Shown here: piece after piece, positions 1 to 10,345 of the stretch
Layout of the letters: every line of letters starts with the position of its first letter
Numbering within the stretch: the first letter of the stretch is position 1
From: Bacillales bacterium UBA743
Lineage (GTDB): Bacteria > Bacillota_I > Bacilli_A > RFN20 > CAG-826
Assembly: GCA_002297365.1 (NCBI GenBank)
Contig: DBKT01000013.1
Span: 1,601 to 65,600 of the forward strand
Direction: 5' to 3'
DNA length: 64,000 nt
Made by a program: the position numbers and the translations under genes
The notes under the pieces: model-generated
Database searches by the model: none
What the model saw: the letters and a program-made list of their open reading frames with translations, nothing else
What the model was told of the DNA's origin: nothing

Positions 1-1089
1 AGCTTGGCCATCCAACAAGGAAACGTTATCTCCAATCACAGCGCCCATAGAGAAAATGAGAGCGGCTGATTCACCGATAATTCTGCCGATAGAAAGAAGG
101 GTGGCGCTTAAAATGCCCGGTAACGAATTAGGGAGAGTTACCTTAAAAATAGTCTGAACTTTGCTCGCACCCAAAGCCAAAGAAGCTTGAGAGAGAGAAG
201 CAGGAACCACTTTGATAGACTCTTCTACGGTTTTGACGATTGTAGGCAATAACATAATCGCCAAAGTAAGGGATCCAGAGAAAATAGAACCGCCCGTATG
301 CCCGGTAATGCCGTTTATAAAAGGAATGAATATCAACGCGCCAGCTAAACCAAAAATGATAGAAGGTATGCCGCTTGTGACATCAATAAGCGTTCGTATC
401 CCTCTTGTAATCTTGTTGTCTTTTGCGTAAATGGCTAAATAGATTGCTCCGCCAATGCCTAAAGGCAAGGCAAATAACAAAGAGAAGCCAATCAAACAAA
501 GGGTGGTCAATAAGGATCCGCGAATCCCCTTGCCCTGGCTCGTTAAAGTCCCATCGTAAATGGAAAAAGCTTTTTCCAAGCCTTCGGATAAAGCTTTCGC
601 TCCTTCTTTTGCGCCATATACGCTCATATCCCCATCATCATCATAAGTCATTAATGAAGAGAGAAAATATTCCGTATTAATCGACATTTTCGCACCGGTT
701 GAATCGACTAAATCATTAAATGGCGAATCTTCATGAATCGAAACGATATAAATAACGCTTTCTTCTCCGTTTTTGCCATCTTCGAAGCCGATTCCCCAAC
801 GATGGGAATACGCATCCACATTATCCGTATTCTCAAAATAAGAAGTGACAGGCACATTGTTTCCGTCTTTGCTTCGAATCGTATAAGAATGCTGATTGTA
901 ATCGCCGGTTATAAAATCCCAGGTTAAATATTGGGCGCCATTCTGCACAACGTATACGACCATCCAAATCAAAATTGCAAAAGTGAAAAGAGAGAAAAGA
1001 ACGGTCGTGAAGTAAGAGCCAAAATCTTTGGCTCTCCTCAAATGGATTCTCTTTTTTAGAGAGGGGGCCATCATTTCTTTATTTTCCAT
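1..1089 (-). CDS. pstA: Phosphate ABC transporter permease PstA. It is partial because the C-terminus runs off the window start.
   Basis: The minus-strand ORF starts at an ATG at 1087-1089, preceded by a GGAGG RBS, and overlaps the pstC stop. Its translation has a PstA-like C-terminal permease signature (…LPNSLPGILSATLLSIGRIIGE…). It sits in pstS-pstC-pstA order. Confidence 0.75.
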   Translation of the reverse strand, partial: MENKEMMAPSLKKRIHLRRAKDFGSYFTTVLFSLFTFAILIWMVVYVVQNGAQYLTWDFITGDYNQHSYTIRSKDGNNVPVTSYFENTDNVDAYSHRWGIGFEDGKNGEESVIYIVSIHEDSPFNDLVDSTGAKMSINTEYFLSSLMTYDDDGDMSVYGAKEGAKALSEGLEKAFSIYDGTLTSQGKGIRGSLLTTLCLIGFSLLFALPLGIGGAIYLAIYAKDNKITRGIRTLIDVTSGIPSIIFGLAGALIFIPFINGITGHTGGSIFSGSLTLAIMLLPTIVKTVEESIKVVPASLSQASLALGASKVQTIFKVTLPNSLPGILSATLLSIGRIIGESAALIFSMGAVIGDNVSLLDGQA

Positions 1090-2086
1090 CTGAAGTTACC
1101 TCCTTCTTTCTAAAAAGAGATTTTATTTTGTAGAAGAAAGAATCTTCTTTTTTGTAATTTGGGTTAATTCTTTCCTTTATGGCTGAAAGCAACGAGGAAA
1201 CAGCAAGAATCACCAAAATTAAAACAAGCCCAAGAGAGAAACGGGTATCATAACCAATGCCAGCGGCTTCGCCAATACCGGCCAACATGGCGCTTGTTAA
1301 GGTGTTTCCTGGAGCAAAGACATTATAGAAAGAAGTCCCTAAGGAGTTGTTTCCGATAACCATTTGGACAGCGGTCGCTTCGCCAAGAGCCCTGCCAATG
1401 CCCAAAATAATTCCGGCAAAGATGCCAGACGTAGCTGTCCCAATGACGATTTTGAAATTGGTTTGGGCGTTGCTTGCTCCTAAAGCGATAGAAGACTGTA
1501 TGAGTTTTTGATCCACCGCTTCCATCGCATTCATAGAAAGCGTCGTCATCGTCGGAATCGACATCATCGCCAAGACAATCACGCCCGAAAGAATGGATCT
1601 GCCTCCATAGGTATCTACTCCTAGAGAAGCGACAATTGGGCAAATTACGCCCGTTCCAAACAAACCATAAATAACAGAAGGGATGGAAGCCAACAAATCC
1701 ACAGCGCTTTGAAGAATGCTTTTTAAAAACTTAGGAACGATTCTTACCAAAAGCAAAGCGGTAAAAATGGACGTAGGGACGGAGATAACCAAGCTCAATA
1801 AAGTCGTATAAAGCGTGGTAAGCAGTAAGAAAAACATGCCGCCCGTCCCATCGTATAACCACCTCGTATTGGTGAAAAATTTCCCAATGTCTTGGTGAAT
1901 ATAATTCCCTTCAACCAACGAATAGTTGTGAAAAAATGGATAGATTCCTTTGTAAGTAATAAAGACCGCGATAAAAATTACAAAGGAAGCGCATACCAAA
2001 GCCAAAAAAAAGAAAAAGTACTTCACGACTTGGTCGAGAAGCCTTTTTCTTTCGTAGATGTTTTTCTTTTTCTCTAACGAGTCCAT
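1079..2086 (-). CDS. pstC: Phosphate ABC transporter permease PstC
   Basis: A 335-aa polytopic membrane protein with a binding-protein-dependent permease motif. It lies immediately downstream of pstS and overlaps the pstA start. Confidence 0.8.
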   Translation of the reverse strand: MDSLEKKKNIYERKRLLDQVVKYFFFFLALVCASFVIFIAVFITYKGIYPFFHNYSLVEGNYIHQDIGKFFTNTRWLYDGTGGMFFLLLTTLYTTLLSLVISVPTSIFTALLLVRIVPKFLKSILQSAVDLLASIPSVIYGLFGTGVICPIVASLGVDTYGGRSILSGVIVLAMMSIPTMTTLSMNAMEAVDQKLIQSSIALGASNAQTNFKIVIGTATSGIFAGIILGIGRALGEATAVQMVIGNNSLGTSFYNVFAPGNTLTSAMLAGIGEAAGIGYDTRFSLGLVLILVILAVSSLLSAIKERINPNYKKEDSFFYKIKSLFRKKEVTSDGK

Positions 2087-2088
2087 TC

Positions 2089-3102
2089 TTATTTCGCTAA
2101 AGCAGGATACTTTGCTTGTTGAATTTCAGACCAGCTTTTAGCGGTGGCTAAACCAGAGATGATGCCACCAGCAGATTTAATGGTTGCAAGGCCTTCTTTG
2201 GTGGTCATGAAATCAACGAAAGCGTTGACAGCGATCTTTGTATTAGAGTCTTCTGGATAGTCTCCACGAATGACATAGTTAAAGTTACGGCTTAATTTAT
2301 AAGTTCCATCGTTAACTGTATCTTCAGAAGCGGCGACGCCCTCGAAAGTAAGCCCTTTGACATTTTCTGCATTAGAAAGCGAATCTAACGAGCAATAGCC
2401 GATGCCTTTAGGATCTGCTCCAATGGCATTCATCATATCGCCGTTGGTAGCTTGGCTAGATACCGTCAAGCCAGAAACCCACTTATCTTCGGCTTTAACA
2501 TCGCTATAGCCAATGCCCTCAAAGAAACATTCTCTGGTTCCAGATCCTGCTTCTCTTGAATAGAGTTTGACTGCTTCGCTAGCTAAGTTAGCATCAACAT
2601 CTTTCCAAGTCTTCTTTTCGCCTTTATACAAAGCAACCAAGGTCGCTTTGTCGGTAGCAGAATAGGCGTTTGCAGAATTCACGATTGGGACAACGGCGTC
2701 TTTGCAAATTCTTCCAGTCTTATTTGCTTCCGTAAGAGCGGTTTTTTCAGAGTCTTTAATTTCTCTAGATAAGAAACCAATATCATATTTGGTATTATTT
2801 TTTCCGGTGGTAACACCAGTAGTAGCGTCTCCACTACCATGTTGATCTTTCTTTAATGTAACTTTGTTGCCAGTTAAATCCGCAAATTTAGACCCAAGAT
2901 AGGTAATGACTTTGTCAACGGATGTAGAACCGCAAGATTTTAATTCGACAGCGGTAAATTCATTGTTTACGCTTTCATTGCTTTTTGAGGAGGATTCGTT
3001 TTGTTCTTGGCTTTTTGAGGAGGATTCGTTTTGTTCTTGTCCGCAGCTGAATAAGGTTAAGCTAGCAAGGGCAAGAATCATTGTTTTTAATGTTTTTTTC
3101 AT
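2089..3102 (-). CDS. pstS: Phosphate-binding lipoprotein PstS of the ABC transporter
   Basis: Lipoprotein signal peptide with a lipobox (LFSCG) and a PBP-like fold. It is the first gene of the pst operon. It contains an in-frame 30-bp tandem duplication in the N-terminal linker. Confidence 0.8.
   Translation of the reverse strand: MKKTLKTMILALASLTLFSCGQEQNESSSKSQEQNESSSKSNESVNNEFTAVELKSCGSTSVDKVITYLGSKFADLTGNKVTLKKDQHGSGDATTGVTTGKNNTKYDIGFLSREIKDSEKTALTEANKTGRICKDAVVPIVNSANAYSATDKATLVALYKGEKKTWKDVDANLASEAVKLYSREAGSGTRECFFEGIGYSDVKAEDKWVSGLTVSSQATNGDMMNAIGADPKGIGYCSLDSLSNAENVKGLTFEGVAASEDTVNDGTYKLSRNFNYVIRGDYPEDSNTKIAVNAFVDFMTTKEGLATIKSAGGIISGLATAKSWSEIQQAKYPALAK
2981..3040 (-). repeat. Perfect 2x30-bp in-frame tandem duplication inside pstS. 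It encodes SKSQEQNESS twice in the lipoprotein linker.
   Basis: The sequence gctttttgaggaggattcgttttgttcttg occurs twice, back to back. Confidence 0.9.
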
Positions 3103-3154
3103 ACTTTTTGCCTTTCAAACACCAACATTCTAAAAAGACGCGGCGAAACGTTAT

Positions 3155-3181
3155 ACCATATACTTGTAAAAGAATGTAAAG
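3155..3181 (-). promoter_or_regulatory. Candidate Pho boxes, about 55-80 nt upstream of pstS. These are three direct TTTACA repeats (on the minus strand) with a 10-11 bp periodicity.
   Basis: The plus strand reads TGTAAAagaaTGTAAAggaatTGTAAG, which is the complement of the TTTACA PhoP/PhoB-type half-sites. It lies between the divergent response regulator and the pst operon. Confidence 0.5.
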
Positions 3182-3271
3182 GAATTGTAAGGCTTTTCAA
3201 AAAGGGGGCAAAAAGCCTAAAAGAGCAAAAATAAAGGGATATAATGCAGTCGTTGTGATTTTGTTTGAACT

Positions 3272-3937
3272 ATGAACCAACCATTGATTTATTGCATAGA
3301 TGATGAAGAAAACATCCGTTCCTTATATGAAGACGCTCTAAGCGTTGGAGGCTTCCAGTGCGTTACTTTTCAAGATGGAGCCTCTTTCCTTGCAGAATTA
3401 AATAAGAAGCAGCCGGATTTGATTGTTTTGGATGTGATGCTGCCAGGAATGAGTGGCTTAGAAATCCTTGAGAATCTAACCCATGGTCCCTATTCCACCA
3501 TCCCCGTCATTATGGTTTCTGCAAAGGGCGGAGAAAGCGATGTGGTCAAAGGACTGAATCTCGGTGCATCCGATTATATCGCTAAGCCTTTTGGCGTAAT
3601 GGAATTGTTGGCTCGAATCAAAGCCAATCTTCGAAAGAACGGCTTTAGCAATACCATCACTTATAAAGAGCTGACGCTAAACAAACCGATGCACACCTTT
3701 TATTTAAATGGCGAACCTCTTTCTTTATCTTTAAAGGAATATGATCTTTTGGAATATCTTCTTAAGAACGCCGAAAAAATGGTTACCAAGGAAGAGCTTT
3801 TATCTAAAATATGGGGAATAAATTGCGAGATTGAAACACGAACCATTGATATGTTTATCTCTCGCGTAAGAAAGAAAATATCCTCCTCAAATATTCGAAT
3901 TGAAACCCTTAGAGGGGTTGGTTACATCCTCCGTTAA
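3272..3937 (+). CDS. OmpR-family response regulator (PhoP/PhoB-like), with a receiver domain and a winged-helix DNA-binding domain
   Basis: The receiver carries the acidic pocket (IDDEE), the phospho-acceptor Asp (LIVLDVMLPGMSG), a conserved Ser (VSAKG) and Lys (YIAKPF). A winged HTH is at the C-terminus (…RGVGYILR). No histidine kinase gene is adjacent. Confidence 0.85.
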   Translation: MNQPLIYCIDDEENIRSLYEDALSVGGFQCVTFQDGASFLAELNKKQPDLIVLDVMLPGMSGLEILENLTHGPYSTIPVIMVSAKGGESDVVKGLNLGASDYIAKPFGVMELLARIKANLRKNGFSNTITYKELTLNKPMHTFYLNGEPLSLSLKEYDLLEYLLKNAEKMVTKEELLSKIWGINCEIETRTIDMFISRVRKKISSSNIRIETLRGVGYILR

Positions 3938-6793
3938 TTATTTCAGATATATATCTAGCACGTGCTCCCCTGAGGCTTTTTCATCGAAATTGAAAATCAG
4001 GGTTTCTTTTCCATCTATTTTGAATTTATGGATATGGGTCGCATACTTTCCGATTTCTTTATGCAAATGAACGGAATATTTCGCCTGATATGTTGAATAG
4101 ACATAGGATAATTCTCCTACGCTTTTTTCAAGCAAAGGCAATATTTTCTTCTTATCGCTAAAAAAGGGGATCCCCACACTTTCTTTGATAGCCAATAAAA
4201 GCCATGTTGCCGTTCCGGAAAGAATTGGCCCTATGTCCTCTTTCGTAAACGGATTCGCATATTGGCAACAGAAACGCGGATTCCCTTTTTTGATATACGG
4301 GTCAAGTATGTCGCCATATGGATAGGTTTTCCTCATCATGAAAAAAGCATCATCTAGCATTTTTTCTCTTAAAGAATCCGAAGAAACGCGTTTCGCTCCA
4401 ACAAGAAGAGATTCCACGAACATCATGCCAGCATGTTTAAAAACGCCGCCATTTTCTCTATCGCCAGGGAAATAATGGCTTGTTGCGGAGTCTTTGCTTC
4501 CTAAAATGGTAAGATCCCCTTCTGTCGTTAAACGATACCCTACATCCGTTTTTAAATAGCGGTCTACGAGAGGCAGCATTTTAGCGATTTCTTCCTCATT
4601 GGCGATTCCAGAAAGAACGCTCCAAGAAAAGGAATTCAAATACAGGGTTCCGTTATTTAGTTCAGGATTTTCTGACAAACCATCTCCGAGGGACCCCACA
4701 TAAGAAGACTTCCCTCTATTTGAATTCAGCAGCACTCTTGCATAAAACCCATTAATCCATGCGTGCTTACGGATATTTCTTTCTAATCTCGTTTTTATTT
4801 CTTGATAAAAAAGCACCTCATTTTCCATAAGCGCATTTGTCTCCAAAAGAGAACGTATGCCAGCCAAAAGCAGAAAAGCATTCATAACCGATTCCGAATA
4901 GTCGCTAATGAAAGGGTCTCCATAATGAATAAAGCCCTTTTCGATCTGCTTTTTGTATTCCCTTTCTTTTTCGGGACCCGTTAAAGGAGACGAGTCAATC
5001 TTTAGACAATCGTTCCAATCTGCTCTATCAAGCAAAGGCAAGCCATGTTTCCCAATCGAGATGCACCCGGAATACATAACAATCGCTTTTAATGTATCTC
5101 TCAGCTTTCTTTTTGAATTTCCCTCGGCCACAGGAAATTCTTCCTCTAAGATATCAATATCGCTGCTCTCATGCATATATTCGCTTACCGCTAATAAAAG
5201 CCACAGAGAGTCGTCGCTGCATTGCCCCGCTTCTTTCCCTTCATAGTAGAAATTATGGTTAGCGTAACCAAAGGAATAGACGTTTCTTATCCAATTGGCC
5301 AAAAGATTCTTTGCCAAATCCTTTTGCCCATTGGCAAGAAAATAAGGGATAGACGCATATAGATCTTGAATTTCTCTGAATCCAATCTCACGATAGCCTT
5401 TTTGAGTTTGAGCGAAACTCCTGCTAACGAAGCTTTGATAAAGATTTTGGAATGGAAGGTTTCTGGAAGCTAAAGAATTGAATTCTTTGTCTTTCGAGGT
5501 GATGGCGAAAGAAGATGCGTATCTTTGAAAAGATCTTTCTCTTTCCAACAAAGCGTCCTTCATGGCGCCAATGTCTTTTTTGTCTTCCAGAAATCTCTTT
5601 AATTTGGATAAGAAATCCTTCTCATTTTCCAAATCCGCGAACCCCGTGTAACTATATAGATGTTTTTCTTTGTTTTTCTTCAAAGACACGTTTTTCTTTA
5701 AAGCAAAAAACGAAGCTCCTTTTTTCTTTAACGCGCTATCTAAATGATATATGCCTTGAGGATTTTCGATATTTCCATTGCCTAAGAAAGAGGCGGCATC
5801 GTTGCTGAAGGCGGTTGGAAATGAATCTCCATCTCGAAAGCCGAAAAATCTTCTTTTGCTTGAAAAATAATGCGGATAATAATGTGGCGAATAGGCTACT
5901 ATTTCTTCTTTTTCATTTCTAATGATGGAACTTTCTTGTATGACTGTTTGATAAATCACGTCATTTTCCATACAAGAAGGATTTGAGAAACCAAACATGC
6001 CTGTGAAACATATCTCTAGATTCCTATCTGTTGGAGAAAAGAGATTGACTATTTGTATTTCTAGCGCTTCAGGCTCTCCTTTTTTATAGGAGGGCAAGAA
6101 AAAGATTCTTTCAATTTGAAGGCCGTCTTTCAAAAGATAACGAATGGTTGTTTTATTGACGGAATGGACGCATTCGGCTTTTTCGACGTTTTGAGATATG
6201 CTGGCGCTATAGAAAATTATCTTCCCATCTTCAACCAGATAAAATTGCCTGTTGAACGGGTTGCCATTTTCCTCAGGAAGAATATCCCATCTCGTGGCCA
6301 ATATCTGATAACCGGCTGGGCCGCGAAAAGAGCCTCTTGCAAAGGAGTCGAGCACGCTTTTGGGGGTGCTTAACAAGCAATCGGAAACGTTTGTCCTGTC
6401 TCCTAAAAGAAGGTTCACGCCATAATGAGGCCCAACTTCGCCACTTTTTAAATCCAAATGAAGAGAGCCATCGTTGTCCAAATATCCACCATATGATTCT
6501 AATTTCTTCAAAGCCGAAAAAATAACGTCTTCTATTTCCTTGGAAATTCTTTTGCCTTGCAAGGAAACAACGCCATTTTCAATTTGAAATAAATATGTGT
6601 CTCCATCCAAATTTGAAACATAGTTAGCAAAAATCGGCTCGTTTCTTAAAAAAGATAACAAGGGGACGGAGCGGAAAGAACCTGCGAAACCAACATATTT
6701 ATGGGAGGAGGTAAGATATCCTTCATCTTTTAAAGAAGGAACGTCTTGAAAGGGCGATTGAAAATCCCTGGCATTGGTAAGCTTTAAAAACAT
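3938..6793 (-). CDS. GH94-family glycoside phosphorylase, 951 aa, similar to cellodextrin or laminaribiose/beta-glucan phosphorylases
   Basis: Its length and the conserved RADWNDCL catalytic-region motif are shared with the 807-aa GH94 paralog in this window. It is the last gene of the sugar ABC operon. Confidence 0.7.
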   Translation of the reverse strand: MFLKLTNARDFQSPFQDVPSLKDEGYLTSSHKYVGFAGSFRSVPLLSFLRNEPIFANYVSNLDGDTYLFQIENGVVSLQGKRISKEIEDVIFSALKKLESYGGYLDNDGSLHLDLKSGEVGPHYGVNLLLGDRTNVSDCLLSTPKSVLDSFARGSFRGPAGYQILATRWDILPEENGNPFNRQFYLVEDGKIIFYSASISQNVEKAECVHSVNKTTIRYLLKDGLQIERIFFLPSYKKGEPEALEIQIVNLFSPTDRNLEICFTGMFGFSNPSCMENDVIYQTVIQESSIIRNEKEEIVAYSPHYYPHYFSSKRRFFGFRDGDSFPTAFSNDAASFLGNGNIENPQGIYHLDSALKKKGASFFALKKNVSLKKNKEKHLYSYTGFADLENEKDFLSKLKRFLEDKKDIGAMKDALLERERSFQRYASSFAITSKDKEFNSLASRNLPFQNLYQSFVSRSFAQTQKGYREIGFREIQDLYASIPYFLANGQKDLAKNLLANWIRNVYSFGYANHNFYYEGKEAGQCSDDSLWLLLAVSEYMHESSDIDILEEEFPVAEGNSKRKLRDTLKAIVMYSGCISIGKHGLPLLDRADWNDCLKIDSSPLTGPEKEREYKKQIEKGFIHYGDPFISDYSESVMNAFLLLAGIRSLLETNALMENEVLFYQEIKTRLERNIRKHAWINGFYARVLLNSNRGKSSYVGSLGDGLSENPELNNGTLYLNSFSWSVLSGIANEEEIAKMLPLVDRYLKTDVGYRLTTEGDLTILGSKDSATSHYFPGDRENGGVFKHAGMMFVESLLVGAKRVSSDSLREKMLDDAFFMMRKTYPYGDILDPYIKKGNPRFCCQYANPFTKEDIGPILSGTATWLLLAIKESVGIPFFSDKKKILPLLEKSVGELSYVYSTYQAKYSVHLHKEIGKYATHIHKFKIDGKETLIFNFDEKASGEHVLDIYLK

Positions 6794-6798
6794 GCCAT

Positions 6799-7683
6799 CT
6801 ATCCCTTCACGCTGCCTTCAGTCGTTCCGGCAACAATAAATTTAGAGAGGAAAAGATAAACGATAACAAGAGGTATGATGGCAAAGCCAATCAAAGCATA
6901 TACCTTGCCCATATCAAAGGAAGAAGGATCCGAGGCCTTAACGGCAGCAATGATAAGCGGCAGCGTTTTCTTTTGGTTATCGCTGATTAAAAGAGCGGGG
7001 ATAAAGAAGTTATTCCAGTTGCTGACAAAAGCAAAAATAAGTTGAACAGCTAAAGCCGGTTTGATGATAGGCAAGGCCATTTGATTAAAGATGCGGAATT
7101 CCCCCGCCCCATCGATGCGGGCCGCTTCAATCATTTCTAACGGAAGAACGGATTCCATGTATTGTTTCATATAGAAAAAAGTGACGGGTGAAGCAATGGA
7201 AGGGATGATAAGTGGCCAAAGCATATCAGATTGGCCCATATTCGTAAGCATCCTCGCAAGGCCGACGCCGGATATGGTCGTTGGGATCATCATGATAACC
7301 AAAATGAACTTGAAGATGATTTCACGCCCTTTGAATTGATAAACCTCAATCGCATAAGCGGTCAAGGCGGAGAAATAAACGCAAAGCAACGACCCGAATA
7401 CGGAGACAACAACGCTGTTACCTAAAGCGGAAAGAACGGGCAAGTGATCATCAGAGAAAACATTTTTCATGTTCTCGAAGAAATTGTTGCCGAACCAAAA
7501 AGAGAAACTTGTGGCAATTTGGCCATTGTTCCGAGTCATGTTGACAAGCAATGTCCAAATGGGGAACAGACAAAGGAAGGTTAATATGATTAAAATGATA
7601 TAAACGCAAATTCTACGCGTTCTTAAGATAGCCGACATGCCCAAGAGGCTCTTTTTCTTACTCATGTTTTTGTTTTCTCTCAT
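6799..7683 (-). CDS. Carbohydrate ABC transporter permease (MalG-like)
   Basis: Six-TM permease with the EAA-like loop (…EAARIDGAGEFRIF…). The start is placed at the internal ATG, just after the upstream stop. Confidence 0.75.
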   Translation of the reverse strand: MRENKNMSKKKSLLGMSAILRTRRICVYIILIILTFLCLFPIWTLLVNMTRNNGQIATSFSFWFGNNFFENMKNVFSDDHLPVLSALGNSVVVSVFGSLLCVYFSALTAYAIEVYQFKGREIIFKFILVIMMIPTTISGVGLARMLTNMGQSDMLWPLIIPSIASPVTFFYMKQYMESVLPLEMIEAARIDGAGEFRIFNQMALPIIKPALAVQLIFAFVSNWNNFFIPALLISDNQKKTLPLIIAAVKASDPSSFDMGKVYALIGFAIIPLVIVYLFLSKFIVAGTTEGSVKG

Positions 7684-8768
7684 AAGCTTTCTCCCCTTTG
7701 ACGCGCAATTTCTTTTTCTGTTTCTTTGCAACCAGCATAAGTTCTAAAACGCTTGTTGCGGCAATGGCGAATTTCTTTTTCCATGTTCTTTGTGTGGTAA
7801 TTGGAAAAATAGACGCCGCAAGACAAAATCAAAGTAATGATGAAGAGAACGATGCTAAGCGCGCCCGCTTGCCCGTAGTTATGTTTTACGGTCACAAGAT
7901 TATAGAGGTACATCATGACCGTTTCCGAACTCTTTAAATATCCGCCTGTCGTCTGAGTGAAAATTTGAGCGATGTCGAAAAGCTGGACGCCGCCAATCAT
8001 CGATGTGATAAAAACATACAAGAAGATTGGTTTCAACAGAGGCATTGTGATGCTCCAGAAGGTTTTTTGAGCACCCGCCCCATCGATGCGGGCCGACTCA
8101 AAGATCGATTCATCGATGCCCATGATGCCAGACATAAGCAATAACGTCGTGTTTCCAAACCACATTAAGCAATTTAAACCGGCGATAATGATATGCGTCC
8201 ACATCTCGTTATTAGCAACGTTAATCAAATTATTCTCATCAACCCATCCCCAAGATATCAAAAGCTGGAAAATAGGGCCGTTCGTTGCAAAAATCATTAA
8301 GAAGAGCATGCCGAAAGCCGAAGCCATAATAAGGTTAGGCATATACATAACCGTCTTCCAGAAACGCTGGCCGCGGATCTTCAAACGAGCATCGGTAAAC
8401 CAAACCGCCAAAGCTAAAGAGATGATAATTTGGGGAATGAAACCGATAATCCAAATCACCATCGTGTTCATCAAATAATAAAGGAAGGTTGGAATGTGGG
8501 CGTTTGCGGTGAATGTATGATTAAAGAAGGTGATCGATGTTGCATCCTCCACGCCCGATTGGAAGATATATTTAAAATTATCGAATCCGCACCAATTAGG
8601 ACCGACGGTGTCTAGCAAATCATCATAGTATTCTTGAAAAGCATAAAGAAACGTTTTCCCTAAAGGAACTAATTGGAACAGAACGAAAGCGACAAAAAAA
8701 GGAACAAGGAACAAATAGCCCCATTTATCATAACGAACGCTCTTTCTCTTTCGTTTTTGGTTATTCAT
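7680..8768 (-). CDS. Carbohydrate ABC transporter permease (MalF-like)
   Basis: Permease with the EAA motif (ESARIDGAGAQKTF). The start is placed at MNNQKRK, preceded by an AGGGAG RBS. Confidence 0.75.
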   Translation of the reverse strand: MNNQKRKRKSVRYDKWGYLFLVPFFVAFVLFQLVPLGKTFLYAFQEYYDDLLDTVGPNWCGFDNFKYIFQSGVEDATSITFFNHTFTANAHIPTFLYYLMNTMVIWIIGFIPQIIISLALAVWFTDARLKIRGQRFWKTVMYMPNLIMASAFGMLFLMIFATNGPIFQLLISWGWVDENNLINVANNEMWTHIIIAGLNCLMWFGNTTLLLMSGIMGIDESIFESARIDGAGAQKTFWSITMPLLKPIFLYVFITSMIGGVQLFDIAQIFTQTTGGYLKSSETVMMYLYNLVTVKHNYGQAGALSIVLFIITLILSCGVYFSNYHTKNMEKEIRHCRNKRFRTYAGCKETEKEIARQRGESL

Positions 8769-8836
8769 TTTTTTCTCCCTTTCTGATGAAGGGGCAGCGC
8801 CTAAGCGCCACCCCTCAATTTTTTGATAATCAGGAA

Positions 8837-10315
8837 TTAAAGCGTTTTGCCATCCCATGCATCCCATTCAGAGGAGAACTTGAGATTGTTGGCTTTTTCT
8901 TCAACGGTCCTCTTGAAAGCGGCAAGAGCATTAGCATAAGTCGTCGTTTCATTGAAGAAATAGGCCTCGAAGGAATTTTGAATGCCTTCATTCAACGTCT
9001 GGTCATATGGACCAGCATTGCTCATGTCAATCTTTTCTGCGCTTTCTTTGAATAGAGCGATGTGATTCTGCCCACCAAGGAACTCAGAGCCATAGCTTGC
9101 ATCGTTAGCGAGTTTGTTCATGGCTGTCTTGTTGTTGGTATAGTCTTGGGTTTCACGAGTGATGTTTTCGGCAATCGTTGCGTCGCAGGTCAGCTTCTTC
9201 ATAATGTCTTTGATTTCTTCTTTGTTGTCCGTGCCTTTGGCTGCGCAAAGCCAGCTGCCGCCCCAATACCAGGATGCCGGTCCTTTGCAAACCGCATAGT
9301 CACCATAAAGAGTCTTGGTTGTGTCAATGGAACCATCTGGATTCTTTGCTTCATTCATCTTTTTGGCATATCCGTCTGGATCGGCATTCCCAGCGAGGGT
9401 GAAGTTAATTCCCCAAGTGCTATAGAAGAAGCCGAAGGTCTTCTTGCCGGTTGCGGTAACATTGCCTTTTTCATCTTTCAAAGCATGTCCGTCTGGTCCT
9501 TGGTCGGCTTGCCATTGAGCGCTCCAAAGAGGAGCGTCATCAATATATTTTTTATCAGCGTAATCTTTGGTGTTGACAATCCATTTTTTGATTTCTGGAT
9601 CAAGGCGGATGGTATTGTCGTTTGTTACCCATTTATCCGTCATGTTATTGGAGTATGGGCGGTAATTGTCAGCAAAACCAGAAAGCATTTTGACGTTAGC
9701 GGTCTTCATTTGAGCCGCGACTTCATTGAATTTTGTCCAATCGGAAATCTTTTCCTGAACTCGGGCTGGATCATCTGTCCCCAAAACAGATTTCGCAATA
9801 TCGCGACGATAAGCAAAAAGCCCAGGGGTGGCTTGCCAGCTTGTCGCCTTTAAATGGCCATCATAAGTAACAATATCTTGAGTGTATTTGTATTGGTCGG
9901 CAAGATCTTCTGCGGTTAAACCGATGTCTGTCTTTAAGTCCAGAGTATAAGATGTCTTGGTGTATTTTGTCGCATAGTCTGCTTCGATAAGGAACATATC
10001 AACCTTATCATCGGCAGCGGCCTTATCTTGGCCTTTTAATTTTTCGTCTAATTTGTTTTGATAATTGTTGTTGTCGTTTGGCTCAATAACGAATTTAACC
10101 TCAACGCCATTCTTTAAGGTGTAGGTCTTTTTGGTCCCTTCTCCCTTAATGGTTACATCAGGGTAGAAGCCTTCAAAACGTTCTTGGAATTCCGTATTCC
10201 AGCACATAATGTTAAGGACCTTACCGTTTTCCTCTGTTTTTGTTTCGGAACAACCAGCTAACGCTAAGAGCCCGGTTGTAGAGATGGCGAGTGCCGCAAG
10301 CATTGATTTTTTCAT
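8837..10315 (-). CDS. Sugar ABC transporter substrate-binding lipoprotein
   Basis: Lipoprotein signal (LLALAGCSE). It is about 490 aa with a family-1-like solute-binding protein architecture, and a GGAGG RBS precedes MKKSMLAAL. Confidence 0.75.
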   Translation of the reverse strand: MKKSMLAALAISTTGLLALAGCSETKTEENGKVLNIMCWNTEFQERFEGFYPDVTIKGEGTKKTYTLKNGVEVKFVIEPNDNNNYQNKLDEKLKGQDKAAADDKVDMFLIEADYATKYTKTSYTLDLKTDIGLTAEDLADQYKYTQDIVTYDGHLKATSWQATPGLFAYRRDIAKSVLGTDDPARVQEKISDWTKFNEVAAQMKTANVKMLSGFADNYRPYSNNMTDKWVTNDNTIRLDPEIKKWIVNTKDYADKKYIDDAPLWSAQWQADQGPDGHALKDEKGNVTATGKKTFGFFYSTWGINFTLAGNADPDGYAKKMNEAKNPDGSIDTTKTLYGDYAVCKGPASWYWGGSWLCAAKGTDNKEEIKDIMKKLTCDATIAENITRETQDYTNNKTAMNKLANDASYGSEFLGGQNHIALFKESAEKIDMSNAGPYDQTLNEGIQNSFEAYFFNETTTYANALAAFKRTVEEKANNLKFSSEWDAWDGKTL

Positions 10316-10345
10316 GAAATTAATTCCTCCTTTCAATGTCGCAAT

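Noticed and set aside
212-927. Three plus-strand ORFs (72, 85 and 64 aa) from the six-frame track
   Set aside because: They lie entirely antisense to, and inside, the pstA coding region. They are chance ORFs in low-GC DNA.
1323-1643. A 106-aa minus-strand ORF in an alternative frame
   Set aside because: It is embedded in pstC in another frame, has no RBS and has an implausible composition.
7731-8867. The long N-terminal extensions of the two sugar permease ORFs (starts at 7731 and 8867)
   Set aside because: The extensions overlap the upstream gene or the stop. Internal ATGs with better context (7683 and 8768) give permeases of standard length.
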